From Candidatus Tayloriibacteriota bacterium (lineage in GTDB: Bacteria > Patescibacteriota > Minisyncoccia > Phycocordibacterales > UBA6065), in the NCBI GenBank assembly GCA_016215405.1, contig JACRJQ010000007.1, forward strand, positions 143-64,142: a stretch of DNA of 64,000 bases, given 5' to 3'. Shown piece by piece: positions 11,499 to 19,853 of this stretch; positions within the stretch are counted from its first letter, which is position 1, and every line of letters starts with the position of its first letter. The position numbers were made by a program, and so were the translations under genes. The notes under the pieces were generated by a model that saw nothing but the letters and a program-made list of their open reading frames with translations, was not told the DNA's origin and did not search any database.

Positions 11499-12239
11499 CT
11501 ACTCGTAATTCACCGATATCGACACGTGCTTTCCCTTTCCGACGATGACATGGTCAAGGAGCGGTATCCCCATGATCTTTCCGGCAAGGACGAGCTGTCG
11601 CGTTATCTCGACGTCGGCTTCGGACGCCGCGACGACCCCTGAGGGGTGGTTGTGCACGAGGATGACGGCCGACGCGCCGTATTCGAGGGCGGGCTTCCAC
11701 ACCTCGCGCGGATGGACGATATTCGCGTCCAGGGTGCCCATGGAGAGCACCTCGTCATGGATTATCTGATGGTGATTGTTCATATAGAGTCCCCGCAGGC
11801 ATTCTTTCGAGAGCTCGTGCATGTCTCGGACGTAGTTCGACACGTCCTTCGCACTCCTCACCTTGGCGCTCCTGCCGCCCGAGCTCTTGTAGAACCTCCT
11901 CCCGAGCTCGCTCGACGCGACGATCTGGCACGCCTTTACGATCGGTATGTCGAGGGCCTCGGACATCCTCTTCGGGTTATCGGCAGATGCGAAGCTCTTC
12001 TCGCCGTACTCGCGGATGATCCTGCCGGACATAGAGAGCACGTCCTCCTTCGTCGTGCCGGCGTTGAGGAGAACGGCTACGAGCTCTGAGAGCGAGAGCG
12101 CCGCTGGCCCGTGCGCGAGAAGCCTCTCCCGCGGCTTGTCCGCCTCGGGCATATCGCGGAGCTTGTATACGTACTCCCGTTCGCCCTCGGGCGCAGTGAC
12201 CCTCTCGAAGCTTCGTCGCGGATAGGATGTCGTTTGCAT
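11499..12239 (-). CDS. radC: RadC family JAB-domain protein
   Basis: PRERLL..GPAALS, VHPREV, ILVHNHPSG...S..D, LLDHVIVG. Confidence 0.95.
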   Translation of the reverse strand: MQTTSYPRRSFERVTAPEGEREYVYKLRDMPEADKPRERLLAHGPAALSLSELVAVLLNAGTTKEDVLSMSGRIIREYGEKSFASADNPKRMSEALDIPIVKACQIVASSELGRRFYKSSGGRSAKVRSAKDVSNYVRDMHELSKECLRGLYMNNHHQIIHDEVLSMGTLDANIVHPREVWKPALEYGASAVILVHNHPSGVVAASEADVEITRQLVLAGKIMGIPLLDHVIVGKGKHVSISVNYE

Positions 12240-12300
12240 ACGGAGATCCTAGCAGCCTACGATAAAGAAAATATAAAGGGAGTGGAAAAGCACGGCGCGG

Positions 12301-12546
12301 CTAGATCAGGATCTGCTTTTCCCTCAGATATCTCTCCACCCCGTCTTTGTCCGTATCCGCGAGCACATATCCGGCGATATCGAGCGTGGGCGTCTTATCC
12401 TGACCCGATCTCTCTACGAGCTCGGCTAAAAACTCCTTGTTATTGCTCACTTCGCGCTCCTCGTACTCGACAGCCTTCTCGTTCAAGAATTCTATGACCT
12501 GATTGCACCAAGGGCATCCTGTTTTCGTATAGACGATGATATTCAT
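12301..12546 (-). CDS. Glutaredoxin/NrdH-like protein
   Basis: VYTKTGCPWC, SGQDKTPTL. Confidence 0.9.
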   Translation of the reverse strand: MNIIVYTKTGCPWCNQVIEFLNEKAVEYEEREVSNNKEFLAELVERSGQDKTPTLDIAGYVLADTDKDGVERYLREKQILI

Positions 12547-12610
12547 ATGCGAGCGCTCTATAGCCTGATAAGCAGTATCAATAAGACGATTTTAAGCCGT
12601 AGTTTGATAC

Positions 12611-12639
12611 TTGACTCAGATTGATATTAGATGTATAAT
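12611..12639 (+). promoter_or_regulatory. Sigma70-type promoter
   Basis: TTGACT-17-TATAAT. Confidence 0.8.
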
Positions 12640-12754
12640 TACAACAGAATATACGAACCTTGCAAAGGGTAGGTTGCGGAAGAAAGGGCGGAATAGCGCC
12701 TCCCTCAGGAAGGAGGCTTCGCCTCTTCCCTTTCTCCTCAACTTCAACCCAAAC

Positions 12755-13477
12755 ATGAAAACCACCGTCACTGTTATCCTGTTAGCCCTCGTCATCGCCG
12801 GCATCTGCCGCGCGGAGACTACGATCACGACCGGCGTCTTGAGCAAATACGTCACGAACGCCGCCGTGTATCACGACAAGCCTGTCTGGCAGACCACCAT
12901 CGAAGGGACGTTCAGCGAGCGCTTCTCGTGGTCGATCTTCAACTCGACCGACATGAAGGAGCCGGGCTCGAAGACGAGCTTCGGCAACGAGTTCGACTAC
13001 ACGATCTCCTTCGAGGAGTCGTTCGGCGAGCATAAGGCTTACACCCTTGGCATCGACGTGTCGTATTGGGACCTCACCGAACTCTTCAAGACGACACCCG
13101 CCGATGTCATCGTCGGGACGGCGCGGATCTCTCGGTCGCTCAACGACCGGTGGACTGCGACGCTCTCGGTCGATCGCCTCGTCTCGACGGACCGTAACGT
13201 CTTCGAGGGTGGCACCTACGTCACTCTCGGCTTCGAGACGTCGGTTCCCCTCGGTGAGCGCGCTTCGCTCTCGGTAAAGCCCTCCCTCATCCGCGACGAC
13301 GGCGCCTTCGGCCTCGGAGCGGTCTGGATCGGGCAAGCCGACCTCTCCCTCGATTGGAAGGCGGGCAAGGCGAGCGTGAGCTTCCCGAGCGCGAGCCTCG
13401 CGAAGGTCGTCTCGGGCGATAGCTTCGGCCGCAAGTCGGGGGTCGTCTGGGGCGGAAACGTCTCGTTCTCGTTCTAA
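12755..13477 (+). CDS. Secreted outer-membrane beta-barrel-like protein (TorF/Gcw_chp-like)
   Basis: Signal peptide MKTTVTVILLALVIAGICRA; alternating amphipathic strands; SKYV...PVWQ and NEFDY motifs; C-terminal VSFSF. Confidence 0.7.
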   Translation: MKTTVTVILLALVIAGICRAETTITTGVLSKYVTNAAVYHDKPVWQTTIEGTFSERFSWSIFNSTDMKEPGSKTSFGNEFDYTISFEESFGEHKAYTLGIDVSYWDLTELFKTTPADVIVGTARISRSLNDRWTATLSVDRLVSTDRNVFEGGTYVTLGFETSVPLGERASLSVKPSLIRDDGAFGLGAVWIGQADLSLDWKAGKASVSFPSASLAKVVSGDSFGRKSGVVWGGNVSFSF

Positions 13478-13566
13478 ACCGATCCGGATCCGGATCTCGA
13501 AGGCGGCGCACATGCCATGCGCCGCCTTTTTTATATGGTAATCACAGCGCGGGGCAGCATGATAAC

Positions 13567-13595
13567 TTGACTTTTATACATTTTAGCTGTACAAT
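13567..13595 (+). promoter_or_regulatory. Sigma70-type promoter
   Basis: TTGACT-17-TACAAT. Confidence 0.75.
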
Positions 13596-13687
13596 TATGT
13601 TAGAAATGGACCTTGAGACAAGGCTTGGCTGAGGGATATAAGCACGCAGACCGTTGTCTGCTTGTATCCCTCAACCAACCCCCCCCA

Positions 13688-14275
13688 ATGAATACATCCC
13701 TCCTCACGGATATCGCCTATTACGGCGGTCTCCTCTCGGCGTTGTTCCTCGTTCGATATGCGGCGCAGATCTGGTTCGGAAAGGCACCCCCTACCGGCCA
13801 GACGAGCTTCCTCATGTGGACGATCCTCGATGTCCTCCTGGTCGTCAATACCATTCGCGTGGGCAAGCCCATCTTGCTCCCGCTCGGATGGACGGTCGGC
13901 GCCTTCCTGGTCTTTCTCACTTTGCGCATCCGCGGAAAGTGGGAGTGGACCAAAGAAGACACCATCGCAGCCTCGGCGGCGGCGATAGCGGCCCTGGTGT
14001 CGCTCTCGTTCGGAGGCCGCATCGGCCTTATCGCGTCGATCGCAGCGATGACCTCGGCCGGGATACCCGTCCTCCTACAGAACCTCAAAAATCCTGTAAG
14101 GGCGACATTCCCGCTCTGGTTCGTAACCGTGCTCTCCTGCATCTTCACGCTCTTAGCTTCCGATAGAAGCTTCGACGGGACGGTGCTCGCATGGTCGAGC
14201 CTGACCTTCAACGGGACGATGTCTATCATCGTCATGCTGCCTCCCCGGCCGCAAGCGGCTCCCGCCGCGACGTGA
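13688..14275 (+). CDS. Multi-pass membrane protein (PQ-loop/SWEET-like pattern); distant paralogue of 50648..51232
   Basis: About 7 TMs; SFLMW, WT..D, P......P...W spacing shared with 50648..51232. Confidence 0.7.
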   Translation: MNTSLLTDIAYYGGLLSALFLVRYAAQIWFGKAPPTGQTSFLMWTILDVLLVVNTIRVGKPILLPLGWTVGAFLVFLTLRIRGKWEWTKEDTIAASAAAIAALVSLSFGGRIGLIASIAAMTSAGIPVLLQNLKNPVRATFPLWFVTVLSCIFTLLASDRSFDGTVLAWSSLTFNGTMSIIVMLPPRPQAAPAAT

Positions 14276-14303
14276 AGGCAAGGGACACGAAAAAATCTTT
14301 CCG

Positions 14304-14330
14304 AAAGGCCTCGTCGCGACGAGGCTTTTT
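14304..14330. terminator. Bidirectional terminator
   Basis: aaaggcctcgtcgcgacgaggcttttt between convergent genes. Confidence 0.7.
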
Positions 14331-14335
14331 TATCT

Positions 14336-15091
14336 CTATACTTTTGAGCACTCGAGGCACATAAAGAGAGGGATCTCTTTGCGCGCTCTGTCCTCGGCTT
14401 GCTTCTTAGGGCCCTTCTCGCTCTCTTTATGCGAGACCCACTCCTCTATGCGAGCGATAGAGAAGCCCGCGTTCGCGAGAGACTTCGAATACGCCTGCAA
14501 GGGCCTGTGGAAGGAGTAGGTCAGGTCCTTCTTTTCGGTCTTACCCGGATGCATGTCTATGGCCGAGCGCGACTCGCTCATATATCCGTCGACCCTCCTG
14601 TACTGGACGCCATCCTTCTCGTCCCAGCCCCAAGAGCTCTCTTCCGGGATGCGGAACGCGGGATGGTTCAAGACGAGGACGAAGCGGCCCTTATCCTTCA
14701 AGACCCGGGAGACCTCTCTGAACGCCTGCGCCATGCGGTCGATATTCTGGATAGCGAGGACGCAGATCGCGACGTCGAATCCCTTCTCTTTGAACGCGGG
14801 GAGGCTCTCCGCAGAAGAGACGTAGAACTCCTCGTTATGGCCCGCGTGGGTGCGGGCTATCTCGATGAGCTCGGAAGAGATATCGACACCTGTCACATGC
14901 GCGCCTTTGGCGGCGAGGGCGTGAGAGAAGTATCCCTGGCCGCAGGCGAGATCGAGCACCTTTTTTCCTTTTTCAAGCGCCACGATACGCAGAACGTTAG
15001 GAAGTATCACTTTCGCCTGATACGAATCGTCGTCGTTTACGACCTTGTCGTACCATCCAGCCACCCCTCCCCACGAAGTATTTCTGCTCAT
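14336..15091 (-). CDS. Class I SAM-dependent methyltransferase
   Basis: VLDLACGQG, GVDIS, FDVAIC, RVLK..GRFV, NHPAF. Confidence 0.93.
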   Translation of the reverse strand: MSRNTSWGGVAGWYDKVVNDDDSYQAKVILPNVLRIVALEKGKKVLDLACGQGYFSHALAAKGAHVTGVDISSELIEIARTHAGHNEEFYVSSAESLPAFKEKGFDVAICVLAIQNIDRMAQAFREVSRVLKDKGRFVLVLNHPAFRIPEESSWGWDEKDGVQYRRVDGYMSESRSAIDMHPGKTEKKDLTYSFHRPLQAYSKSLANAGFSIARIEEWVSHKESEKGPKKQAEDRARKEIPLFMCLECSKV

Positions 15092-15114
15092 TTTTTAATC
15101 ATATCAGATATTCC

Positions 15115-15391
15115 CCGCTCTCCTCAGCCTCCGCCGGATCCGCATTTTTTCTTCTCTTACCCTCCGTCCATTTCCTTTGGCGGGTGAGGTTCGGGAAGGG
15201 ACCCGAACCGCAAGACTCATTCAGGTCGAGACCTTGAGACCGAATGAGTGGACAGTCCCTGTAGGGGATAGCGGAGGCCGACGGGCCGAGTTGAAAGGAA
15301 TCCGCTCCGGGCGGATTACCTATGCTCGCTAAAGGAAAGGACTAAAAGAAAAAGATTTGGATTCCGGGCCAAGCCCGGAAAGATGGGAGAG
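15115..15391. repeat. Fold-back intergenic element, copy 1
   Basis: Stem gtccatttcctttggcg/cgctaaaggaaaggac; motifs ctaaaagaaaaag and tggattccgg..ccggaaagatgg shared with 44155-44328. Confidence 0.6.
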
Positions 15392-15396
15392 GTTGT

Positions 15397-16092
15397 TTAC
15401 TTATCGAAATAATCCAAAGGCAGGTCGCGCCATTCTCCGGGCTTTATATCCCCGAGCTCGAGCGGCCCGATCCTCTCTCTTTTAAGGCTTTGGACCATAT
15501 AGCCTTGGCTCGCGAACATCCGCCTCACCTGCCTGTTGCGGCCCTCGTAAAGGATGAGCTCCGCCTCGCGCGGGCCGAGGATCCTAAAGTCCGCGGGAGC
15601 GCAGGGGTCCTTCTCTCCCTCGAGGAGGAGCGTCCCTCCCTTAAAGATGCCGACGAGGCCATCGGAAAGATCCTTGTCGACGAATACCCGATAGACCTTC
15701 GGCACCCTGCCCTTAGGCGATGCGAGCCTATGGAGGAGGTCGCCTCTGTCGGTAAGGAGGATAAGCCCTTCTGTGTCTTTATCGAGCCTGCCCACGGTCG
15801 AGACCTCTGGGTTCCTCCGGAGCCACTGCTCGGGCAGGAATTCGTAGATCGTCTGTCCCTCAGACGACGATCTCGTGCAGACGACCCCCAACGGCTTGTT
15901 GAACGCGATAAGTATCCCGTCCGGATGGTCGAGAGGCTCCCCATCGAAGAGCACGTCGGAGGCCTTGGCCCTAAGCGACGGGTCTGACGCCTCTTCCCCT
16001 TTGACGGTCACGAGGCCCGCCTTAAGGAGGTCGCGCGCCTCGCTTCTCGAGGAATATCCGAGGCTCGCGAGGAGCTGGTCGAGTCTATGCAT
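15397..16092 (-). CDS. RsuA/RluB-family pseudouridine synthase
   Basis: S4 domain, FNKP.G, VGRLDKDTEGL, EGRNRQVRRMF. Confidence 0.95.
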   Translation of the reverse strand: MHRLDQLLASLGYSSRSEARDLLKAGLVTVKGEEASDPSLRAKASDVLFDGEPLDHPDGILIAFNKPLGVVCTRSSSEGQTIYEFLPEQWLRRNPEVSTVGRLDKDTEGLILLTDRGDLLHRLASPKGRVPKVYRVFVDKDLSDGLVGIFKGGTLLLEGEKDPCAPADFRILGPREAELILYEGRNRQVRRMFASQGYMVQSLKRERIGPLELGDIKPGEWRDLPLDYFDK

Positions 16093-16136
16093 AGGTATCG
16101 ATGGAAGCCCTCGGCCTTTCGGCCGAGGGCTCTCTC

Positions 16137-16529
16137 TTATCTTTTCTTAGCGGAAGGCTTCTTCGCTTTCCGGGCGGTCTTCTTTCCCGTCGCATCCATG
16201 GTGCCCTTTATGCCCTCCCAGTGGTCTTTCATCTCGGCGATGAACGCCTCGAGCTCCTCGGGATCTATGTTCTTGAGCTCGTTATATTTCTTCGCGACCG
16301 TCTCGACAGCCGTCCTGTACGCGGACTCGGTGACGTCGCCCGCCTTCTCGAGCTCTTCGAGGACCTCGCCTTTCATCTTGAGCATCCAGCCCTTTACCTT
16401 TGCGCGATTCTTCTTCGCGTCCTTGTGGCCGTAGAGGTAATAGGCGCCGATCGCCGCCGCCGTAAGCCCTGCGATGCCCGCGAGGATAGGCGCGGCCCCC
16501 GTCTTTTTGCTATCTGCCATGTGTTTCAT
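16137..16529 (-). CDS. Hypothetical protein (YtxH-like layout)
   Basis: Ala/Gly TM, GAYYLYG, charged helical tail. Confidence 0.75.
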   Translation of the reverse strand: MKHMADSKKTGAAPILAGIAGLTAAAIGAYYLYGHKDAKKNRAKVKGWMLKMKGEVLEELEKAGDVTESAYRTAVETVAKKYNELKNIDPEELEAFIAEMKDHWEGIKGTMDATGKKTARKAKKPSAKKR

Positions 16530-16533
16530 TGGT

Positions 16534-16836
16534 TTATTTTATAATCGCGTCCGCCGCTTTCCTGGCCGACTTCCCCTTCCTTACAAAGAAATTACGGGCG
16601 AGATCGGCGACGTGTTTCCATTTGACGCCTTCGTCCCTGAGGTTCGCGCGTAGCTTCTTGAGGTCGGATATTATCTCCGAGCTTTCAGCGTTCATCTTGT
16701 CGGTCACCTCTTTGACGTTCCTTAGGATCTTTATGACGTAGACCGAGGCGACGACGATCGCGATCGATATGAGGACGAGCGCGACCGTAGATATGAAGAA
16801 GAATATGTCGGCGTGGATGAGAGATTCGTTTGGCAT
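16534..16836 (-). CDS. Hypothetical membrane protein
   Basis: ADIFFFIS TM followed by a coiled coil; 4 nt from the next gene. Confidence 0.75.
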   Translation of the reverse strand: MPNESLIHADIFFFISTVALVLISIAIVVASVYVIKILRNVKEVTDKMNAESSEIISDLKKLRANLRDEGVKWKHVADLARNFFVRKGKSARKAADAIIK

Positions 16837-16847
16837 AGAGGCGATAG

Positions 16848-17582
16848 TTACTCCTGAGGAGGGTTAGCGAGGCATGCTGATAAGGCGGCAGACGGGGTCC
16901 AACCGCACTTCCCGCTCGACTGTCTCTCGCACTTCGCGCTCCTGTAGCAGGCGTATTCCGATCGGTATTCGCAGGTGGAGGCGACGTCCTGGTCCGAGCA
17001 TATCTGGCCGCTGCACCCGGTCGGCCTACAGCCGACCGCCGCGCCTGGGGCCTTAAACGAGACAGGTATCTCTACCATCGCGTCATTCTCCGGAAGCCCG
17101 CTCGGGTTATCCTTCTTGAACCGGATCACGCCGGAGGAGTTCGCCCCGGGATCGAACGCGACCGACGCGCTGAAAGGCACGAACTCCTCGGTCATCCATT
17201 CCCCTTGCGCCTGGGCCGGGGCCTCTCCTAGGACCTTGCCGTCCGCTCCTATGACCTGTACGGGAAAAGACGCTTCGAAATACCACGGCCCGCGCGCCCT
17301 TCCGGCGACGAAGACAGGCGACGCCACGAGGTCTCCCTCTTTCGGAGAGGTGATCTCGATCATCGCAGTCTCTACAGGGTCGACGGAGACGTCCTCTACG
17401 TAGAGGTTCCCGTCTTTGTCCCGACACTGCCTCGGATAGGATTCCATTACCGGATTGCCCGCTGCCACGCACGTGGCGAAATCGTCGACCTTGTCCTTAT
17501 AGACGAGGTCGAGCGCGAACGCCGCATACGCGAGCGCGAGGATGACGGCTATGCCTGCTATGACTTTCGATATATTCCTCAT
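16848..17582 (-). CDS. Exported protein with Gmad2 Ig-like and eight-cysteine-cluster domains
   Basis: C...GNPVMESYPRQC, G.ARG.WYFEASFPV, WMTEEFVPF, DNPSGL, CRPTGCSGQIC...TCEY...YACY...C...CGW. Confidence 0.85.
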   Translation of the reverse strand: MRNISKVIAGIAVILALAYAAFALDLVYKDKVDDFATCVAAGNPVMESYPRQCRDKDGNLYVEDVSVDPVETAMIEITSPKEGDLVASPVFVAGRARGPWYFEASFPVQVIGADGKVLGEAPAQAQGEWMTEEFVPFSASVAFDPGANSSGVIRFKKDNPSGLPENDAMVEIPVSFKAPGAAVGCRPTGCSGQICSDQDVASTCEYRSEYACYRSAKCERQSSGKCGWTPSAALSACLANPPQE

Positions 17583-17597
17583 ATGCCTATACTACGC

Positions 17598-18338
17598 TTA
17601 TCTGATGGTAAAAGCCGCCCTTACCGTCACCATAACCTCCTTTTCGACGTTTGACGTGTCGTATGTGCCGTAATCTGAGACGTCTGTGGAGTTCGCAGCC
17701 ATCACCTGGACAACGCCGAGGGATGCCGACTTAAGCGTCCCGACCGACTGGCCAGAAGGCTCGGCAAGCTTCTCGGCGCGAGCCTTGGCATCCTTGATAG
17801 CATCGGAAAGGAGGGAGACGCGGAGCTCAGGCAGCTTCGAGTATGAATATTCGAGGCTCTGCGTCTGGAATATGACGCCCTCCATAGGCAAGATCTGGGA
17901 CTCTTTCGCGAGAAGGGCCGCCTTGGCGACGTCCGAAGTAGACAATGAGATCGTCTGCCTGAGGTCGTACTCCTTTTCCCTGTTCTCTGAGCCCGGCCTG
18001 TAGTCGTATACCTCGTTCATCGATACAGGAGAGACGACGAGAGACTCTTCGGCGACCCCTCGCGTCTTATAGAACGAGAGTGTCTTCTCGAGGTCGGCCG
18101 CGAGGAGGGCGTACCCGGATCTGAGAGAAGACGCCTTTACCTGTCGCGATATAGAAGCGGTCCACTTCGCCTGATCAGATGTGACGCGGACCCTGGCCGA
18201 TCCCGTCACCGACAGAGCGTCGTCGAACGAGCGGACCTTATAGAGCGCGAACGCCCCGATGAGGGCAGAAAGGACGATCGAAGCGCCGATGACGATCCCC
18301 AAGGCTACGAGGGGGCTTTTCCGAATAGTGGTATCCAT
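17598..18338 (-). other. SIMPL domain (DUF541) protein
   Basis: N-terminal TM, LSVTGSA...SDQAKW, AIKDAKARAEKLA, V.VTVRAAF. Confidence 0.88.
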
Positions 18339-18374
18339 ATATTGTATCGATTATAAATCAATAATATCACCTTC

Positions 18375-18860
18375 CTAGCCGCGGGCGAAAAAGAAGAAAC
18401 AGAAGGCGAACGCGACGGCGAGAACGACGTTCACAGCGACGCCTGCGACGGCGCCGAGAAGGGCTCCCCCTGCCGCTTTGAAGGCGGTCCTGCCCGTCTT
18501 CTTATAATAAATCTCCCCCGCGAGGACTCCTACAAAGAGCCCCGCGAAGCTCCCTAGCGCCGGCACCACGAGAGTGCCGAAGACGCCTCCCGCGATCCCC
18601 CAGAGAAGCGATCTTGCGTGCGCGCCGCCGAGCTTCGCCCCCAAGACCCCCGATATCTGGTCGATCGCCATCGAGACGAGCGCTATGCAAAGGAGTATCG
18701 CTATCTCCTTGCCGCTTAAGGCGGAGAATCCGTCGATGAGGCCGTACGTCAAGGCCACGGCGAACATGTAAGGCAGCGCCGGCAAGAGGGGCACGAACGC
18801 CATGGCGATCCCCGGCAGCAGGAGAACGAGCGCCGCGATGAATCCTGCGAGCTCGAGCAT
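18375..18860 (-). CDS. DUF456 family membrane protein
   Basis: P.LP..P, D..SG.LGAK.GG, Gly-rich TMs. Confidence 0.8.
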   Translation of the reverse strand: MLELAGFIAALVLLLPGIAMAFVPLLPALPYMFAVALTYGLIDGFSALSGKEIAILLCIALVSMAIDQISGVLGAKLGGAHARSLLWGIAGGVFGTLVVPALGSFAGLFVGVLAGEIYYKKTGRTAFKAAGGALLGAVAGVAVNVVLAVAFAFCFFFFARG

Positions 18861-19421
18861 CTAGAGGGATGGCGCGGACGCCTTATCCGCCTTAAGAGAG
18901 AGCGTAAGCGCGAGGGACATGAGGACGAACGCCGAAAGGGCCATCATAGGGATGGTGACGTAGCCGAAGGTGAGCACGAAATTCTTCGCGCACGAAGCCG
19001 AATAGCCGACGGCGAGGCAGTCGAGGCCCAAAGGGTTCACCCCGACCTGACCGAGGTAATGGAAGAGTGCCACGAGGGCGCCGAGGATCGAGAGAACGAG
19101 GCCATAGAGCCTTACGAACGGCTCTTTGCGCCAGAGCGCGATGCCGAATATGAGGACTTGCGGATACATGAAGATCCTCTGGAACCAGCAGAGCTTGCAC
19201 GGCTCGTAGCCGATGATGTCGGAATACGCGAGGCTTCCGAGAGTCGCCGCGAGCGAAGCGACGAAAGCGACGAGGAGAGAGTTCTTCGAGAAGAACCTCG
19301 CGAAACGACTCTCCCTCGCCCGAGGCGAGGCGAGGCAAAGGAGGATCCCCAGAGAGAGGAGATTCGCGACGACGACGAGCGCGCCGAGGGAGAGATTGAG
19401 GAAGGATGCGAAGGTCTGCAT
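18861..19421 (-). CDS. dsbB: Disulfide bond formation protein DsbB/BdbC
   Basis: GSL.YS..IGYEPCKLCWFQRIFMYP, second Cys pair, TIPMMAL.AF. Confidence 0.93.
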   Translation of the reverse strand: MQTFASFLNLSLGALVVVANLLSLGILLCLASPRARESRFARFFSKNSLLVAFVASLAATLGSLAYSDIIGYEPCKLCWFQRIFMYPQVLIFGIALWRKEPFVRLYGLVLSILGALVALFHYLGQVGVNPLGLDCLAVGYSASCAKNFVLTFGYVTIPMMALSAFVLMSLALTLSLKADKASAPSL

Positions 19422-19422
19422 T

Positions 19423-19797
19423 CTACTGTTTGGCTATCGGGCAATTCGTAAGCGACGAGAGCTCAGCGAGGGAGATCGTTCCCTGGCGCACCGTACCATC
19501 GGCGAAATGCCATGTCGGATAGGATTCGACCTTCTTTTCGGTGCACGCCGGGAGCTGGGCCTGGCCGTTCGGAGTCGAACACTCGACGTACGGCAGCTTC
19601 CTCGCGGATCTCCCGAAGAGAGCCTTCTGCTCCTGGCAATGAGGGCACCAGAACGCTCCATAGAATTTCGCTCCGCTCTTCTCTATGCACGCCGCGAAGT
19701 CGTCGTGCCTTCCCGGCTTCGACGAATACCAGACCATCGCCCCTATGATCGCGGCGGCGGCCGCGACGATGATTATCCAGGATGTGTATTGTTTCAT
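19423..19797 (-). CDS. Membrane-anchored thioredoxin-like oxidoreductase (VKOR-partner type)
   Basis: FYGAFWCPHCQEQK, LPYVEC, YPTW. Confidence 0.88.
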   Translation of the reverse strand: MKQYTSWIIIVAAAAAIIGAMVWYSSKPGRHDDFAACIEKSGAKFYGAFWCPHCQEQKALFGRSARKLPYVECSTPNGQAQLPACTEKKVESYPTWHFADGTVRQGTISLAELSSLTNCPIAKQ

Positions 19798-19853
19798 AAG
19801 AAAGAGTATATCAAAGTCCTCGATGTCCGAACGCCCGCGCAGAGCAAAGGAGG

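Noticed and set aside
11499-12239. radC as a marker of a mobile element
   Set aside because: It is the full-length chromosomal type with host-like composition and has no mobility genes or att sites.
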